Shown here piece after piece: positions 40,770 through 60,116 of a stretch of DNA of 64,000 bases. The notes under the pieces are model-generated. The model was not told where the DNA came from. It saw nothing but the letters and a program-made list of their open reading frames with translations, and did no database searches. The stretch's first letter is position 1, and every line of letters starts with the position of its first letter. Position numbers and translations under genes: made by a program. The DNA comes from Marsupella aquatica (lineage: Eukaryota > Plantae > Marchantiophyta), in contig OZ316893.1 of NCBI GenBank assembly GCA_973895155.1, positions 24,417,520 through 24,481,519 on the forward strand, written 5' to 3'.

Positions 40770-43515
40770 AGTCAGATGAGGTTTCTGATTCAGGCCAGAT
40801 TTTCATATCTGACAGTCGGTGGCTAGAATGAGGATATTAATATTCTGTGTTCTTAATAGTCAAGACCTACAAGCTTTAGTACCTTGTCGACAGATTTCAT
40901 GACTGTGTTGATCGATCATGCATGGCTTCCTAAGTATATAGGCAGAAGCGACCAAGGAATGGAAAGGAGGAAATTTAGGAACAGGAGAATGATGGATCGA
41001 GATTTATATCTGTAAATATTATTTTGGCTCAAACTACTGAATTACTGTATAAGGTGTGACATAAGCCTTTCTGTCCAGAGCAGACTTGTTCAGAGTTGAG
41101 TCATATCTTCCACCACAAACCATCTCAGTCAGTTGGATCTGTAATCACGTACTGAATACATTGAAAATGAACTTAATTAGAGATTTGTTGGGCAGGACCG
41201 AGTTTCTATGGATGGAAGAGTTGTTTCACTTTTCAGGTCATGATTTCCAATCTTTGCTAAGCATAAAGCCTCGGCATAAAGCTCAACAGAAGCATGGTGA
41301 AGCTTTGAAATCATGAACCTGAAAACGAGACAAGTTTCTGGTATGAAGCCCAACAGAACTTCATATTGAGTGCTCCCCTGTTCGCCCACTAAAACTAACC
41401 TAGAACTTGTTGTAGAAAATGTTTTATGAATTGAACGAGAAATTTGGACATGATTGAGTTGCACTTACACTGAACCCCGAGATTTGAACAGTGAAAGGAT
41501 AACGTCTTAAAATTAGAACAAACAGAATAATTCCTTGAAGAAAGAGATCGAGAATGAAGTGAATGTATTCATAATACATAAGAATCTATCGGTCTTATGA
41601 ATCCATTTCACTTCATTCTCTGGGTCTTCTGATCCGGATGCTGATGCCTTAAGAGGTCGAATTAATTAGGAGTGTATTCTAAAAGGCATTTTAATGCAAT
41701 CATGGATCAATGTCAGAAATTCAAGCAGAGAAACTGCATTACATGAGAATAAATAATGCGAGCTGGAGTGAACACGAACTTCAATGATTACAGAAGCATA
41801 AAATGTCCAAATCCAGTTCCACCCCAAGGATTCAACCGTAAAAGGCAACTGAAAAACCGACAGGAGAAAGAAGTTTGCATGCGCTGCACACGTAAGGCGT
41901 GAAGCCATCGCAGAAACTAAGAGCAACAGGGCTATCATTAATTAAAATATTTCATCTGAACATCCCGCTGAACATTCAATGTCCTGCTGTGAAGTAACAG
42001 TGATTCAATGTACAGCGTCCATCAACTAGCTCGTCATCTTGTTGCCAAAGGACGCACATCATTTTGCTGTTGTTCACTCTTCTGGACACATCACTGCAAC
42101 TTACGTACGTCCATCCCTTCGCTAGGAATATACTGCGGAACAGGCATCAATGGTAAGCCATGGTTGTGTTCTAACTCGAGCGGAGGGCCAAATGTTATGA
42201 GACTTAATCTTCTGGGAAGAATTGAAAGTTTTGAAACTCATACTGAGTGTCATCGAGGCTGAAATATAGGCCCTGCCAATTGGGTCTAGCTCGTTGCCAG
42301 GCATTCAATGGAAGAATAATTCCAAAATGACAGAGCAATAGAGAACTGAGGATTAGTCCGGAAAAACACTCTTATGCCATGCAAAGCTGATCCTCCTTGT
42401 CTCAAAATCAGAGCCTCCCATCAAGGCCTTCAATTTCCCCTAGCTTATTATAGTTCATACCACTCAGAGTGCAGATGTCTTGAGACCCAATTTGAATAAA
42501 GCGCCACTCGCAGATATTTATTTCTCTGAACAGGGAGCCAAGATCGATGTTACTCTGCCAACGGCATTCTAATCGAACTCCGCATACAGGAATTCGAGTT
42601 AATTAGTGCCAAAGAAGGAAATGTTCAAGCCTTGAAATAATTTAGAACGACGTTGCGTTGCTCCCGATTGCAAGAGAGAGGGGCCCACAGACTGTACTGG
42701 AGGAGCAACCGTGCGACTCTGTGATCAATAGCTTGAAGAACATTTATGAGACACTGTTACAAGATTTGCAATGACACATTCGTGAAATCATAATTATACA
42801 GTATCTGTGGAGAGTGCAAAGATTGCGCTCACGTCCCTTGATTGATTATATATTCATTGCAAAAGACTGAATGCTCTATCCCCAGCACAACGCGCATACT
42901 GCTTAAGACCAGGTCAGATGAATCCAGAGCAACAAGAAAAGAAAAGCGGTGCAAGGGAAGCGAAAGTGTTGGGCAACAGACTGCCTTACACCCGCGGCAC
43001 TTTACAGTACAGAGTAAAGAGCTAAATACTAGCCCTACGAGAAGAACGAAAGTGCAGTCGGGAAGACGTCGAGACACAGAAGGGAACACTTCACAAGCCT
43101 TCACAGACTCACCGTGCCGTTGCGTTGCCCTTTGAAAATACAATATGCAGCCGTGCATGATTATGGTACACTAACAAGAAGAATCTTGAGAACGCCGTTC
43201 TTGATCGACAAAAATATTCATTTGGATGAGTCACATATGCTTTAATGTAGAAAACATAATCAGTATATATTGACATATATGTACATAATATTTACATCGG
43301 GCTCCAGGCCCTGCTCTCGCAATCAGTCCAGCAAGATAAATATCTCTAGCTACCCATTCCGAAATCCCTTCTAGTTGATGTGTACAAGGCTGGCACTGAT
43401 ATATAATTATGTTACTGCATGCAATAATGAAATCATGGCAACATGCAGAAACTACCCTCATCCACAACCACCTGCTCAGCCTTATGCAAAATCAAGTCTA
43501 GCTCAGAAAGTTCGA

Positions 43516-44796
43516 TCATCTGACTGTAAGCTCATCTGACTTCCATGCTCTTAGGGCATAGCTTGGATTCGGTCCATCACTCTTCAAGATATCCACCCAG
43601 TCATCTTCTTGTAGATGATGCAATGCACAAAATTTGGCTGTATGGTCAAGCCGGTGCATCCGACTTTTCTTATGAGGACTAAACTTCAATGTCATTACCC
43701 AGGTTTGGACGAGCTTCCAATCATAAAATGTCATCTGAAAACCTCGTTGATTTTCCACGGGGGGCAAGCATTCTTCAACCTTTCCCCGGGGTAGCCCTAT
43801 TGCTCCAGCAGATTTAGGTCCTCGTCTGCAATCATTCTTGTTCAACATCTTTCGTATGATTACGGTCCAGGTTTTTCCTAAGAGATGATTTTGGTATGAG
43901 GGTGGTGTATATTTAGTGGAACTTTTCTCGAAGGTCATGATGTATCGAGAAGCTGATTCTTCCAAAAAGAGTTTTAGCCAGTCCCCTTCTTCCAACGAAT
44001 AGTGTTTGACGTAGTGAAATGTATCCTTCAGCCTGTACACTGCACTTGTCTTTGATCCTTGACCCGGTTGGTGAGAAACCGTGCACTTCATGTTCCAAGT
44101 CTTGTCATCTACTACTCCATCATGAATGGTGACCGGAAGTCCTTTGGAACCGTCTGGAATATGGGGGAAGTACCTTTCCATAAGTTTTTTCGGCAGCTTG
44201 ATCCCTGTAAAGTGAGTCCCAATATCACTGTGTGTGAGCTCCTTCACAATGAGCAGTCGTGTTCTGGGTAATGGTGGTTGTTCTCCGAACGGTGGATCCC
44301 CAGTATTCGTTGGTGCCGCGTATGTGATGCTTCGTGGAGCTGTAGTTTGTGTGTCGCCATATGGTGCACTGGCAACTTTTGAGTTTCCACCTTCAATTGA
44401 TGGTTGTATCAGGGCTGAGTGATCTGAATTCATAATCTCGCGCAGAGCAGGATCACGTTCTAGCCATGTAAATTCTGCTTCGATAGCGGTAGTAGATCCC
44501 GTAGAAGATGCTTCACCAGTCAGTCTCTCAACAAGGTTTCCTTCATCAAACTGGACCCCTGTTCCACGTTGGCGCTTTTGAGCAGGTTCATGGACTGAAG
44601 AGGATACTGTACTGTAGTCGTTTACCACCGCAGACTTGAACGTTGGATACATCTCTGGCAGAGCTATGCTGTTTTCCATCACATTACTTGATGTGCTTGT
44701 AGCAATTTGCTGGTTATCGTTTATAATCACGGTGTCAAGTACCCTTGGTGTTGATTCTCCTTCGTTTGACACATGAGAATATGTAGGATGGTCCAT
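43516..44796 (-). CDS. Tandem double-B3-domain protein (ABI3/LAV-like B3s), paralog 2, single coding exon
   Basis: 426-aa ORF. B3a: LLIVKELTHSDIG..LPKKLMERYFP..VTIHD..KTWNMK..VYRLKDTFHYVKHYSLEEGDWLKLF. B3b: IIRKMLNKND..GAIGLPRGKVEECLP..FYDWKLVQTW..KSRMHRLDHTAKFCALHHLQEDDWVDIL. Linker and C-terminus align with paralog 1. AQKRQR is NLS-like. Confidence 0.88.
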   Translation of the reverse strand: MDHPTYSHVSNEGESTPRVLDTVIINDNQQIATSTSSNVMENSIALPEMYPTFKSAVVNDYSTVSSSVHEPAQKRQRGTGVQFDEGNLVERLTGEASSTGSTTAIEAEFTWLERDPALREIMNSDHSALIQPSIEGGNSKVASAPYGDTQTTAPRSITYAAPTNTGDPPFGEQPPLPRTRLLIVKELTHSDIGTHFTGIKLPKKLMERYFPHIPDGSKGLPVTIHDGVVDDKTWNMKCTVSHQPGQGSKTSAVYRLKDTFHYVKHYSLEEGDWLKLFLEESASRYIMTFEKSSTKYTPPSYQNHLLGKTWTVIIRKMLNKNDCRRGPKSAGAIGLPRGKVEECLPPVENQRGFQMTFYDWKLVQTWVMTLKFSPHKKSRMHRLDHTAKFCALHHLQEDDWVDILKSDGPNPSYALRAWKSDELTVR

Positions 44797-45403
44797 GATT
44801 CTTTGAATTGACTTGTGCCTGCAATCCAGTCTTCATATCATCAAGAGTTGGAACATACCGGTCAGATCTCTTCTCGCTGGACACTAATCATGTTCACAAA
44901 ACGAAATTTCTCCAATTGTGCAATATTGACATGCAGAGATCGATGAGCTTGAATGTCAAGATGAGACCAATTAATTAATGGAACTAAAGAGACTATTTCA
45001 ATAAATTATTCATGCAGTTGTGACCACTTCGTTACTAACACCAGATAGAAAATACAAACCTTTCAAGGGCAGTGAGTCTCGATCCCGGTCTCGATAACAT
45101 ATGTTTCTTCACCCGCGCACATAAAATTATCAAGCGTTAGCAGCTGCAGTCGACCATACATCCAGCCTGAACAAACCCTCTCCACGTTTGGACGTACGCA
45201 ATCTTTCAATGAATATATAACACAGGCATTGTCATGTGAGTATCCTACTCTTCAATCAGCAACATCCTCGATCAGTCTCCTTCAAGTATGGACCAAGTAA
45301 TTTAACTCTCTATATAGCTAACTAGCTGGGATTGAAAGTCTCCTAGCTTAGAGCTGCACGCAGTAATCAGAAGAAGCACAGGGAATGGTGCGGTATGCTG
45401 GCC

Positions 45404-45410
45404 TTATATA
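45404..45410 (-). promoter_or_regulatory. Candidate TATA box of B3 paralog 2
   Basis: CTATATAAGG on the minus strand ~600 bp upstream of the ATG. A TTGCAG acceptor-like site at ~44819 suggests a 5'-UTR intron. Motif match only. Confidence 0.35.
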
Positions 45411-46871
45411 GTGGTAATTTGTCGAAGGCAAGTGGAAGTCGAGGAGTATCTGACTAGTGACCCTTCCCTCACATATCAGGTTAGGACAGAGAAGAACAGA
45501 AGTTAGGCCAGTGACTTGTTTTGTGACTTCATAGAATTAACTGACAAAATAATGATTCCATACATGGAACTGACTATTTATGGACCCCCATTAGAGGTTC
45601 TTTCCAAAATTCATGGCTCCACAGCACGCCACATCATCATGGCATGCTGCAAACAAGAAGGGACTTGTTTTTGGATAAAATTAACTTCTATATTCGTGTT
45701 TGTGACAACTTTACTGTAAAAACTGGGACGCCATGCCGTAAAAAAGAATGTAAAAATAATTAATATGCAAATCAAAAGACAAAAAGATTGAGGTAAAACT
45801 GCTCCCAATAGCGATTTATTTCCATTTTGATTTTATTCAAAACATAAAATTTTCCAGACAACAATTTTCAATTTGATATTGTTGAGTCAAACCATAATGA
45901 AAACTCACGTATAATATGGCAGATGTTATCAAGTACTAAGGAGATCATGAATTTTAGAATTTCTTTAGCTTTTTAATGAAGTTAACATTGATAGATTTAG
46001 TTGAGTTATGAGAAGATTATAAGTTTCCAATGTTCTTTACCTTTCCAATGAGTGTGACATTGGGAAATTTTATCAAATACTAAAGTGGTCATGAGTTTCT
46101 AAATTTTTCTAGCTTTAGATCCTTTCAGAATCCCACAATTGAAGATTTGTTTCCATGAAACTTTTTGTCTTAAACAATTATGCAAGGTTAGTGATTTGAT
46201 GACACCGATAAACTTCTCTCTCTTCGTCTATCTGCGTGTAGGAATTGAAAAGTGATTACTTTCGATGCAACTTGAGTGCATCCAGCATCCTTTGATAATG
46301 TGGAGGAAACCGTCAAGCACCGTTTTGCTGAAGTGGGCAATTAAGCTACCCACACATTAAACAATAGTTCACATTGCAATTGGTTTTGTGATTGATGTTA
46401 ATTGTAGTTGCCTTGGTAAGTTTGACAAGTGTTTCAAGTGTCAAACATTGACTTGTTCATTTTTGAATCTTTTTTTCTTCAGATTTGGAGGTCCATCTAG
46501 GCTTAAATTTCTAGATAGATGCGTCTAAAATAACATGGGGGTCCACGGATTAATTAATTGTAGGCATCCTCCTCATCTGCAAGTAGTTACTTAGGGTCAT
46601 GTGGTCTGTGCAATCACATTAGGCCATTGATATATTGTTGAATCATTCCATGCATGGGATTGACCATTGTGGTAGTCATACCATGGGGCGAGGCTGAGGG
46701 TGCACAAACCCTCATTTATGAGAGATCCGACGTTGATGAAATGCAAAAATTGCCCAGTTTTTCTACAAACAGTCAGAATATATTGGCAGGATTGTTTATG
46801 ATAGTGTGATGTATATATGTATATACAAGATTTTTAATTCACCGTTGATAGTCCAATGCTTATGTGTTTCA

Positions 46872-47178
46872 TTTGGGGGTTTAGTTTTCATAATGGCACA
46901 TCAAGTGTGATGAAGGATTCGATAGAGTAGTTTTATTGATTTTAAAAGAAGACTTGAGAATTTTTTACAGAAGAACAATTTATGGTCTTTTAATCCAATT
47001 TTGAAACTTATATATAAGAACATTAAGGTATTTTTAATCACATTTTTGGAACATTGCAAAAATATTTCAGCTTTTTTAGGTGTTTAAAAATAAAACAAAA
47101 TTCTTACATTTTTAAGGGGTCCGAGACCTAAAAATGTCGTAGGTGATGGGGAGACCTGCATATAGTGAGACCCTCGAG
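46872..47178. mobile_element. MITE family A, copy 2
   Basis: Ends TTTGGGGGTTT... and ...AGTGAGACCCTCGAG. Flanks GTGTTTCA (46864-46871) and GTGTTACA (47179-47186) form a 7/8 TSD. Interior aligns with 4468-4744 (GGGGTCCGAG.CCTAAAAA...AGGTGATGGGGAG). Confidence 0.88.
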
Positions 47179-48281
47179 GTGTTACATGATTCTCTTTGTG
47201 CCTGTATAAATTTTCATCAATCCAAGGATGCTTGTGCATTACACAAAAATGTTGAGGTTAGGCAAAGAAGTATGTGCAAGTGACACAAATAAATGTTGTC
47301 ATTCTGGTCATCCTTGCACTCATGTTGTGGCTACAGAAGACTATTCATTGTCATTTTGGAGGTGGTTGTTGCTGGGGTACGTTGTTGTTGTAAATTATAT
47401 TGCAAATTAAAGTGATGTTGTTGGGGAAAGTACAAACATGATGGCTGATGGCAGCTGGGGATCGCAATCTCCAGCCATGGCTGCACTGTGCTAAGTGGAG
47501 GGTGGATTTCTTTAATTTTCCCCTCCCTGGCCCCTCCTCTTTTCTCCTTCAATCTGCTCAATCTTGCTCCCTCTCCCTGCATCCTTTTCTTCCTTCCAAC
47601 ATGATTTTAAAAAGATAAAAAAAAGGAAAAGACACAATTAGGCCAGAGTGAAAAGAATTGCACCAAACTAGCCAAAATTCTAGGTTTTTTATTGAAATTC
47701 CAAAAATATTTTAATAAAAATTAGGCTATGATTCTCTATTAATCTTATGTGGAAAAAGAGTAAAACCAAACTTCAAGAATTTTTTTTTAAGTATTTCATT
47801 TTTCTTGTAGCCAACCTTTCAGTCCATATAAAATTATACCCCTGCCTATTATACAAGAGCTGCTTATATACCCAGGGTTATTAATATATGTTCATTAGAG
47901 AACATTGTAATTATGTGTTTGTAAGTTATTACCTAGGTCTAATTAATTTCCCTAGTATTCAAAAACAGAGAAAGAAAATCTCAATCTGTTTAGCTTCTTG
48001 TAAGGCTAATATTGCACAATCAATAACTAAGTAGATTGAGTGAAATCATGATCACCTTAACCTAGGGGCTGTTGCGCAAGCAAGTTTTGCTTGATTGGTG
48101 GGGACTGTCACACTCAGCATTCCACCTAGAGTCCTCACAAGAGCTCTTAGGAGTGTTGCTCACAAAGATATTTGAGTCTAGGTTGCAGCTAATACTCTGA
48201 TTATAGCTTGTTCATCCTAATACATGCCTATTTTAACTTCTCCAAATTAAAGAATTGACACAATCATTATAAGAGTTCATG

Positions 48282-48576
48282 TTTGGGGGCTTCACTTCCA
48301 CAATAATGACACAGCACATACAATAAAGGATAGGGCCATTTTAATTGATTCTAAGGGAAGACCCTAAAAAAATTCTCAAAATAACAATACAATCTTTTAT
48401 AAACAAATTTTGAGACTTATAAGTCCATTTGGGTCTTTTTTATCAAATTTTTAGAATATTATTAAAATATTATTGCTTTATAAGGGTGACTCTTTTTTTA
48501 AACCTTACATTTTAGGATGTCCTAGGCCTAAAATTGTTGCAGGTGATAGAGAAACCTCCATATAGTGAGACCCCAG
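48282..48576. mobile_element. MITE family A, copy 3
   Basis: Ends TTTGGGGGCTTCACT... and ...AGTGAGACCCCAG. Perfect 8-bp TSD AGTTCATG at 48274-48281 and 48577-48584. Interior aligns with the other two copies. Confidence 0.9.
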
Positions 48577-49657
48577 AGTTCATGTGAATAATTTAACTAG
48601 TTTATGAAACACAAGTATTCATTGGAAAAATGATTATAAGAAAGTTAATGAAAAATTGGCACTCCTTTTTGAATGTGAGAGCTAGAGACGCACTGCTAGC
48701 TTTCGAAGTGCAACAAATGCGTTAAATTGAATGTACCAGTCAATGTACAGGCTGGTATAGTACTTTCTTATTCCAAGAGAAGTACACTGGCTAAATTTGT
48801 GCCTTTTTAATTTTATGCTCTATTTGGAGGGGCTGTCTATTTAGATGACATCTATAGATCCATAAACCATAAATTGTAAACTTTATAACCAATGGACATA
48901 TAAGCTGCATTGCATCAATAAACAGAATCCTACTTAGTTGCCTGGTTGAAGAGTCAAACCTTTGCATGCAAGTTCAGTAAGGAAAAATGCCCTGGCTTTC
49001 AAACAGTAAATAAAACAAAGGGAACCTAATAAAAACTAAGGACATGAAAAAATGTTAGGGGCTGCCAGAAATGACTAAGTTCTAGATAATACATGGCAAA
49101 AGCATAGATTAGACCAGCTGATTATATAGTAGCCTCAATTTACTTTTTATAAAATAATAATGTTTGTACAAGTTCTTGCCTAGTCTAACCGGGAGTCTAA
49201 CCTAGTTCAACCTCTTGACTAGTCCAGCCTGGTTTAAACTCTAACTAAGGTTTTTGTCTGCTCTCGTTGTGTGTACAATAGTCATACATAGCCTCACCGT
49301 AGTGGACACCATATATCTTGGCAAAGTGTATGTACTAATTGCATGATGTTTTCAATTTCAGAAGTACAAGTAGATGAAATTGTGTCAGAACACCTAACTG
49401 GTTAGTAAAGTTTCTCGTTTAATCATCTTTCTGCCTCAAAAGACTGAACATTCTAAGAAGTACTTAGTTGTCAGTATCTCTTCACTTTGGACTGGTGGAA
49501 TAATTTGCAATTTATAGCTATTTGCAATGTTAGTGGGATTCCCCCAAACAAGGCAGCCAGCCATCATTCACTCTCAGGCTAGGAGGTTATGAAAAGAAAT
49601 CTAAGTAAGACAGTCCTAACATTTTGCAAACTTTGTGCCCCATCTTGGAAACATGAA

Positions 49658-49952
49658 ACATATTTAGGCATGCACTTAAATATTTGGGTGCATGTATTCT
49701 CTTAATTTCCTATTATTTTTATTTTTATTTAAAACATGTAACTATATACTGAAAAGTTAATGTTCACATTTAAGTGCATGTATTCTCTTTTCCGTTGTTT
49801 TCTTTTTTATTTAAAACATGTCTATACTGAACATGGACGGTGAACATTAACTTTTCAGTATCTAGTTACATGTTTTAAATAAAAAAGAAAATAATAGTAA
49901 ATTAAGAGAATACATGCACCCAAATTATTAACTTAAAAATGCCTAAATATGT
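49658..49952. repeat. AT-rich long inverted repeat (foldback), ~110-bp arms
   Basis: Left arm ACATATTTAGGCA...TTTGGGTGCATGTATTCTCTTAATTT...TATTTAAAACATGTAACTATATACTGAAAAGTTAATGTTCAC (49658-49767) is near-complementary to GTGAACATTAACTTTTCAGTA...AATACATGCACCCAAA...TGCCTAAATATGT (49840-49952). The spacer is a partial direct copy of the left arm. Confidence 0.88.
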
Positions 49953-51067
49953 CTACTGTACATGCGTGGGCTTAATGGGGATAGGGCACCAAGCACCTGC
50001 AGGCACTACAGGCCAGGGCAAGAGTCCAATAGAATTATGCCTTGACATTTTCTTTTGAAAATTTACAAGTGACAATGTGTGTTGTGTATCATGTCATGTA
50101 TCCAACATCCAAGCATGCAATCCCATACGTACAAGTCTTACTTTCTGTCTTACAAAATCTTTCACACAAGTGCCCACACAGCAAAACAATCTGGATGCTC
50201 CATTTAAGAAAATCTAATGGCTGAGAATTTATGGATGACATGGATTATTCACAGAATTTTCAGATTTCCCGTCAGTCTCTAACTGGACCCCTGATGATTT
50301 CCAGAGAAGAAACAGCTAGAGACTCATAGGGATAACTATGCTAGGAATGCTCTCATTAAACAAGATATGATATTCAAGTTAAAGTAGTTGCTGGAGATGT
50401 TGAAATGGAACAATCATAGACAGTTTTTGCTATTGACAAATCATGCCTACTATTCCTGAGAGCTCTAGACAGGCTGTGTCTAATATGTGTCTGTTCGTCT
50501 GTGTGCAGGCAGAAGCAATGGATGACAAGTGAATTGTCAGGGGGGAAATTGTCATGTGCAATGTCCCCGTTGAGAATCTAGGGTGACAGGCTGCAGGAAC
50601 TGGCCAGGCCATGCAAACTGTACAAATTTAAAAGGATATAGAATCATACATTTTGCATGATAAAAACAGTGGAAGGTACAGTCTTTTCACATGGGGGCTA
50701 GCATGTACTTGACTCTAGATCACATTGTACATCATTCCCCTTCCTTCCATGGTAGAATTGGAACCATGCTTTAGTTAGGAATTATCCCTAGATTCAAAGC
50801 GGATAATTATATTGAAGCTGCCTGTGGATCCCCCAGCTGAATAGGGCTCTAGCTTTTCTTTGGATTCCATAGCGATTGTGTCAATTCGGAGCCTGGCACC
50901 CATGAAATGTACAGGTCCACAAAGCAGAGGCTTGGATTACACTATTCATGGAATACTTTGGAGCTAGAATAAAGGCTGTACAATTGTGGCTCAGGTCTAT
51001 AGTACATGTCCAATTGTACAGATCACAAGGAATGGGCTGAGACTCTGATCGAGAGATCAAAGACTCA

Positions 51068-56982
<5,915 letters not shown>

Positions 56983-59900
56983 CTACTTCAGTTAGCACTA
57001 GCTAGCTATCGAAGTTCGTTGCAAACTTGGCGACTAATTCACTCTCCAAACATGGAAGATTGGTCATCGAACCTGATCAAATTACCTACACACAAGAATA
57101 ATGGCGTCCCTCCCTTCTCGGTGTCAATTACCCCCCATGCAATTTCTCACGGATATATCTCATCTGCATTATAAGATTGATATCTACAAAGCCTTCGCTA
57201 TTGGATGGAACATACAGTAGATGATCTGATGATCATATCCAAACGATACTGACCAACTATCATCGAATCCAAATTAACCGGGGACAGTTTTGCCCCTTTC
57301 GGCAAGTCTGTTCTAATTATATAAGAACTAGAACTATCTACTTCATGGGAACGTACCGTCCCCAACTAACATTCCTGACTCAACCATCACCAATAAAAAA
57401 CAGAAAACGTCGTAGTCAATTGGCATCATCGATCCCGGACATTAGTAATTTGAGTCGAAGATTGAACTGCGCTTTACCTCCTCTGATCTGATCTAAACAG
57501 CTCTTTTGATATAATCTAAGCCTGTGTACCTAGATATGAACGGATGTCCAATCTGTGGACATCATTCGATTATGATCAATCATGGACCTGTATACTTCTC
57601 AAATCGGTTAGACACATTCAATTTAATCTATTTAATTACATATAAGAGCACATAGTGTTTAACCTATAGGCCCGGTTGTATGTCCACAGGAGTGGGCATA
57701 CGTCACTGACAACTAAACGCATAGTCCGATCGATATCCTACAATGAAATATATACGAAACTTGTCCTCGGCTGTTGATCATAAGCACTGTAAACTCTCTG
57801 AAGAAATTTTGACCTGTAGCTTTAGAATTCCTAGATCGATTGGACCCGCATTACAAGTGCTCATGATCAGAGAACAAGGCCGTTCGTATAATTATGTCCA
57901 TACCAAGCGACGTACGTACAGTTTACTACTCACTGGATCATTGGCAACAACGGCAGCAGTGGAAGCCGGGTGCGTACGTTTACCCGTAAGGACCCCCAAA
58001 ATTCATTCGATTCCTTCCCTTTGCCCTGCATTCCCCGTCCACCTGCCCTCTTTTCAGTCCTGTCCTTGACCAACCCTTAAGAATTCCGGCTAAGTATAGA
58101 CATATTGTGAAACTTACATTGGATTCCTGCTAGATCCACAAGAATTCTGAACATTTACAATCGATCAATCACCTGGTCATCTCCCCCACTCTCTTTCTCT
58201 CCCGTTCTCTCTCCCGGCCTGATCTACAACGTCCAAGGTCGATGAATACGATGTACAGCCCGGGTCAGGATCGAAGAATGATCGCTCCTAACTGATGATT
58301 GGCGTCCTGCACAGAAACGTAGCAAAGCAAAGCCCGGCATGGTATGGCTAGCTTCATCGTGTGGCTTGCACTATACCACACGAGTCGGTTCATTACGTGA
58401 TCATTTGGGGAGTCCTTTCGTCGAGATGAATCGTTTCTGTACAATTTGATGAAAGGTAGGAACCTGCGCTAGAGCAGTACCAGACGTCGATTGGAAAGTC
58501 ACGATTGGGCGAACGGACACCGCCCCGGGCGGCTGGGACTCTGGGAGGCAATGAGAAGGCCCCTCAACGAGTCCAAGAAGTCCACGTACGCGTCGGAGGA
58601 AACCATCTTTACCTAGCTTACAGTACATTCGGCAAGCGTGTGAAGATTGTCTACTGTAAATTGCTGTCTTGGTCATCAAACGAAAGACTTCAAGTGGGAA
58701 AAGGGACATTGTGGGCTGCATTCACCTCTGTATCTTGCTCCAATTTCTTAGTTGATGCTTTTCTGACCAAAGCTTTTTCGGCTAACAGCCCAACTATTCA
58801 AGTTTCGTTCTGGTCTGTAATCAGTCAATGTCAGTCAAGAATTGATGTCGAGATTAATTAATGAAAACGTCATTGAAAGGAACGTTTCTGGGTAAACCAT
58901 GATTCGAAAGAATCTGTTATTGTTTGATTTATGTCATTGAGAATGGTCCCCAGGATTTTCAATGACCTCCTCTAGTTTTGGGACTGTAGTATAAGAGTCC
59001 CTATGAGTTAATTATTTTGAGCTTGCATGTAGTTTCTTGCAAATCGATAAGTTTTAAATAAATCAGTCTCAACTTTGTAGTTGATTCAAGATTAATAATC
59101 TCATATTCTCGATTCTACTCCAGCTACTAAATAGTTATGTCATTAATTCAGCATTTCATGAAATAACTATCCCAAAACCGTTCTTCTGTATAAACCCATA
59201 CACACTCGATCCTCCCTATTGAATCTACTCAAAATTCATTTCTCCATGTATGTAGCCGTCTCCATTTAGATCTGAAGAACACTCATTTATCCAAACTTTA
59301 ATTTCTATTTCCTGTACCATACAAAAATTCCTTGACGAGACAACGAAGATGCAAGCTAGTCTGGAAACATCTCTTCGGGTATCCAAGAAACTTTTTCTTC
59401 TTCACTGGGTCGTTTAATTTCTCGAGCACGAGCTGATGTAATTATTTGTCAACTTCTGGCTTACATTTAGAACTGGCCTCAAGATTACTGTCGCTCTTAT
59501 TTCCCAATTATAAGCCTACATCAGATTAATTACAAATTTGTCACTCTCACCAGCGCGGTGCGCCGCCAACACCACGCACGATGGCGGTAAGGATTAGATT
59601 GTCCGATTGAGAGGTAGTCATTCAAAGATTTCTCGTCGACGCGATGGATCTGTTGCAGTAGGAGCAGGTCGCATATCATCGTCGAGCGATTCTGTCACGA
59701 CGTTCACAATAGAGTAGTTTCTCGGATATGTTGGATGTGGGATGTGGCTTGTCAATCAACCACATCATGCGCGCATTCTAGCGATCAACATCAGGTCGAA
59801 TCTAGTCCGCTGTGCCCATGGAATAGATCCTGCCATCTCCTGGGATTTGATGAAAGATCACGCATTGTGACTTCGTAGCCGGCTAGCTAGCTAGCCTATC

Positions 59901-60071
59901 CATGCCAGTGCAAGTAGTACCTTCAAGTGGGTGTCCGCACGGACTTGCATGATCGGACCCACTGATGGATCCCACTGAAGGTCTTTGCTGGACCAGCCAC
60001 CTGAAACTGCAACAATTGCTTTGCTCCAGATAATTAAGTTGCTGTATGTGTTCATGTAGAATGGATGAAGG

Positions 60072-60116
60072 CATGCAAAATTCTCCGATCTGGAAACCAT
60101 GGTGACAGTATAAAAG
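60072..60116 (+). promoter_or_regulatory. Candidate core promoter of GH9 paralog 3 (RY-like CATGCA plus TATA box)
   Basis: CATGCA at 60072-60077 and TATAAAAG at 60109-60116, ~850 bp upstream of the ATG. Motif match only. Confidence 0.3.

Noticed and set aside
58401-58861. Overlapping ~110 aa ORFs between GH9-2 and GH9-3
   Set aside because: No domain, splice structure or codon bias supports them.
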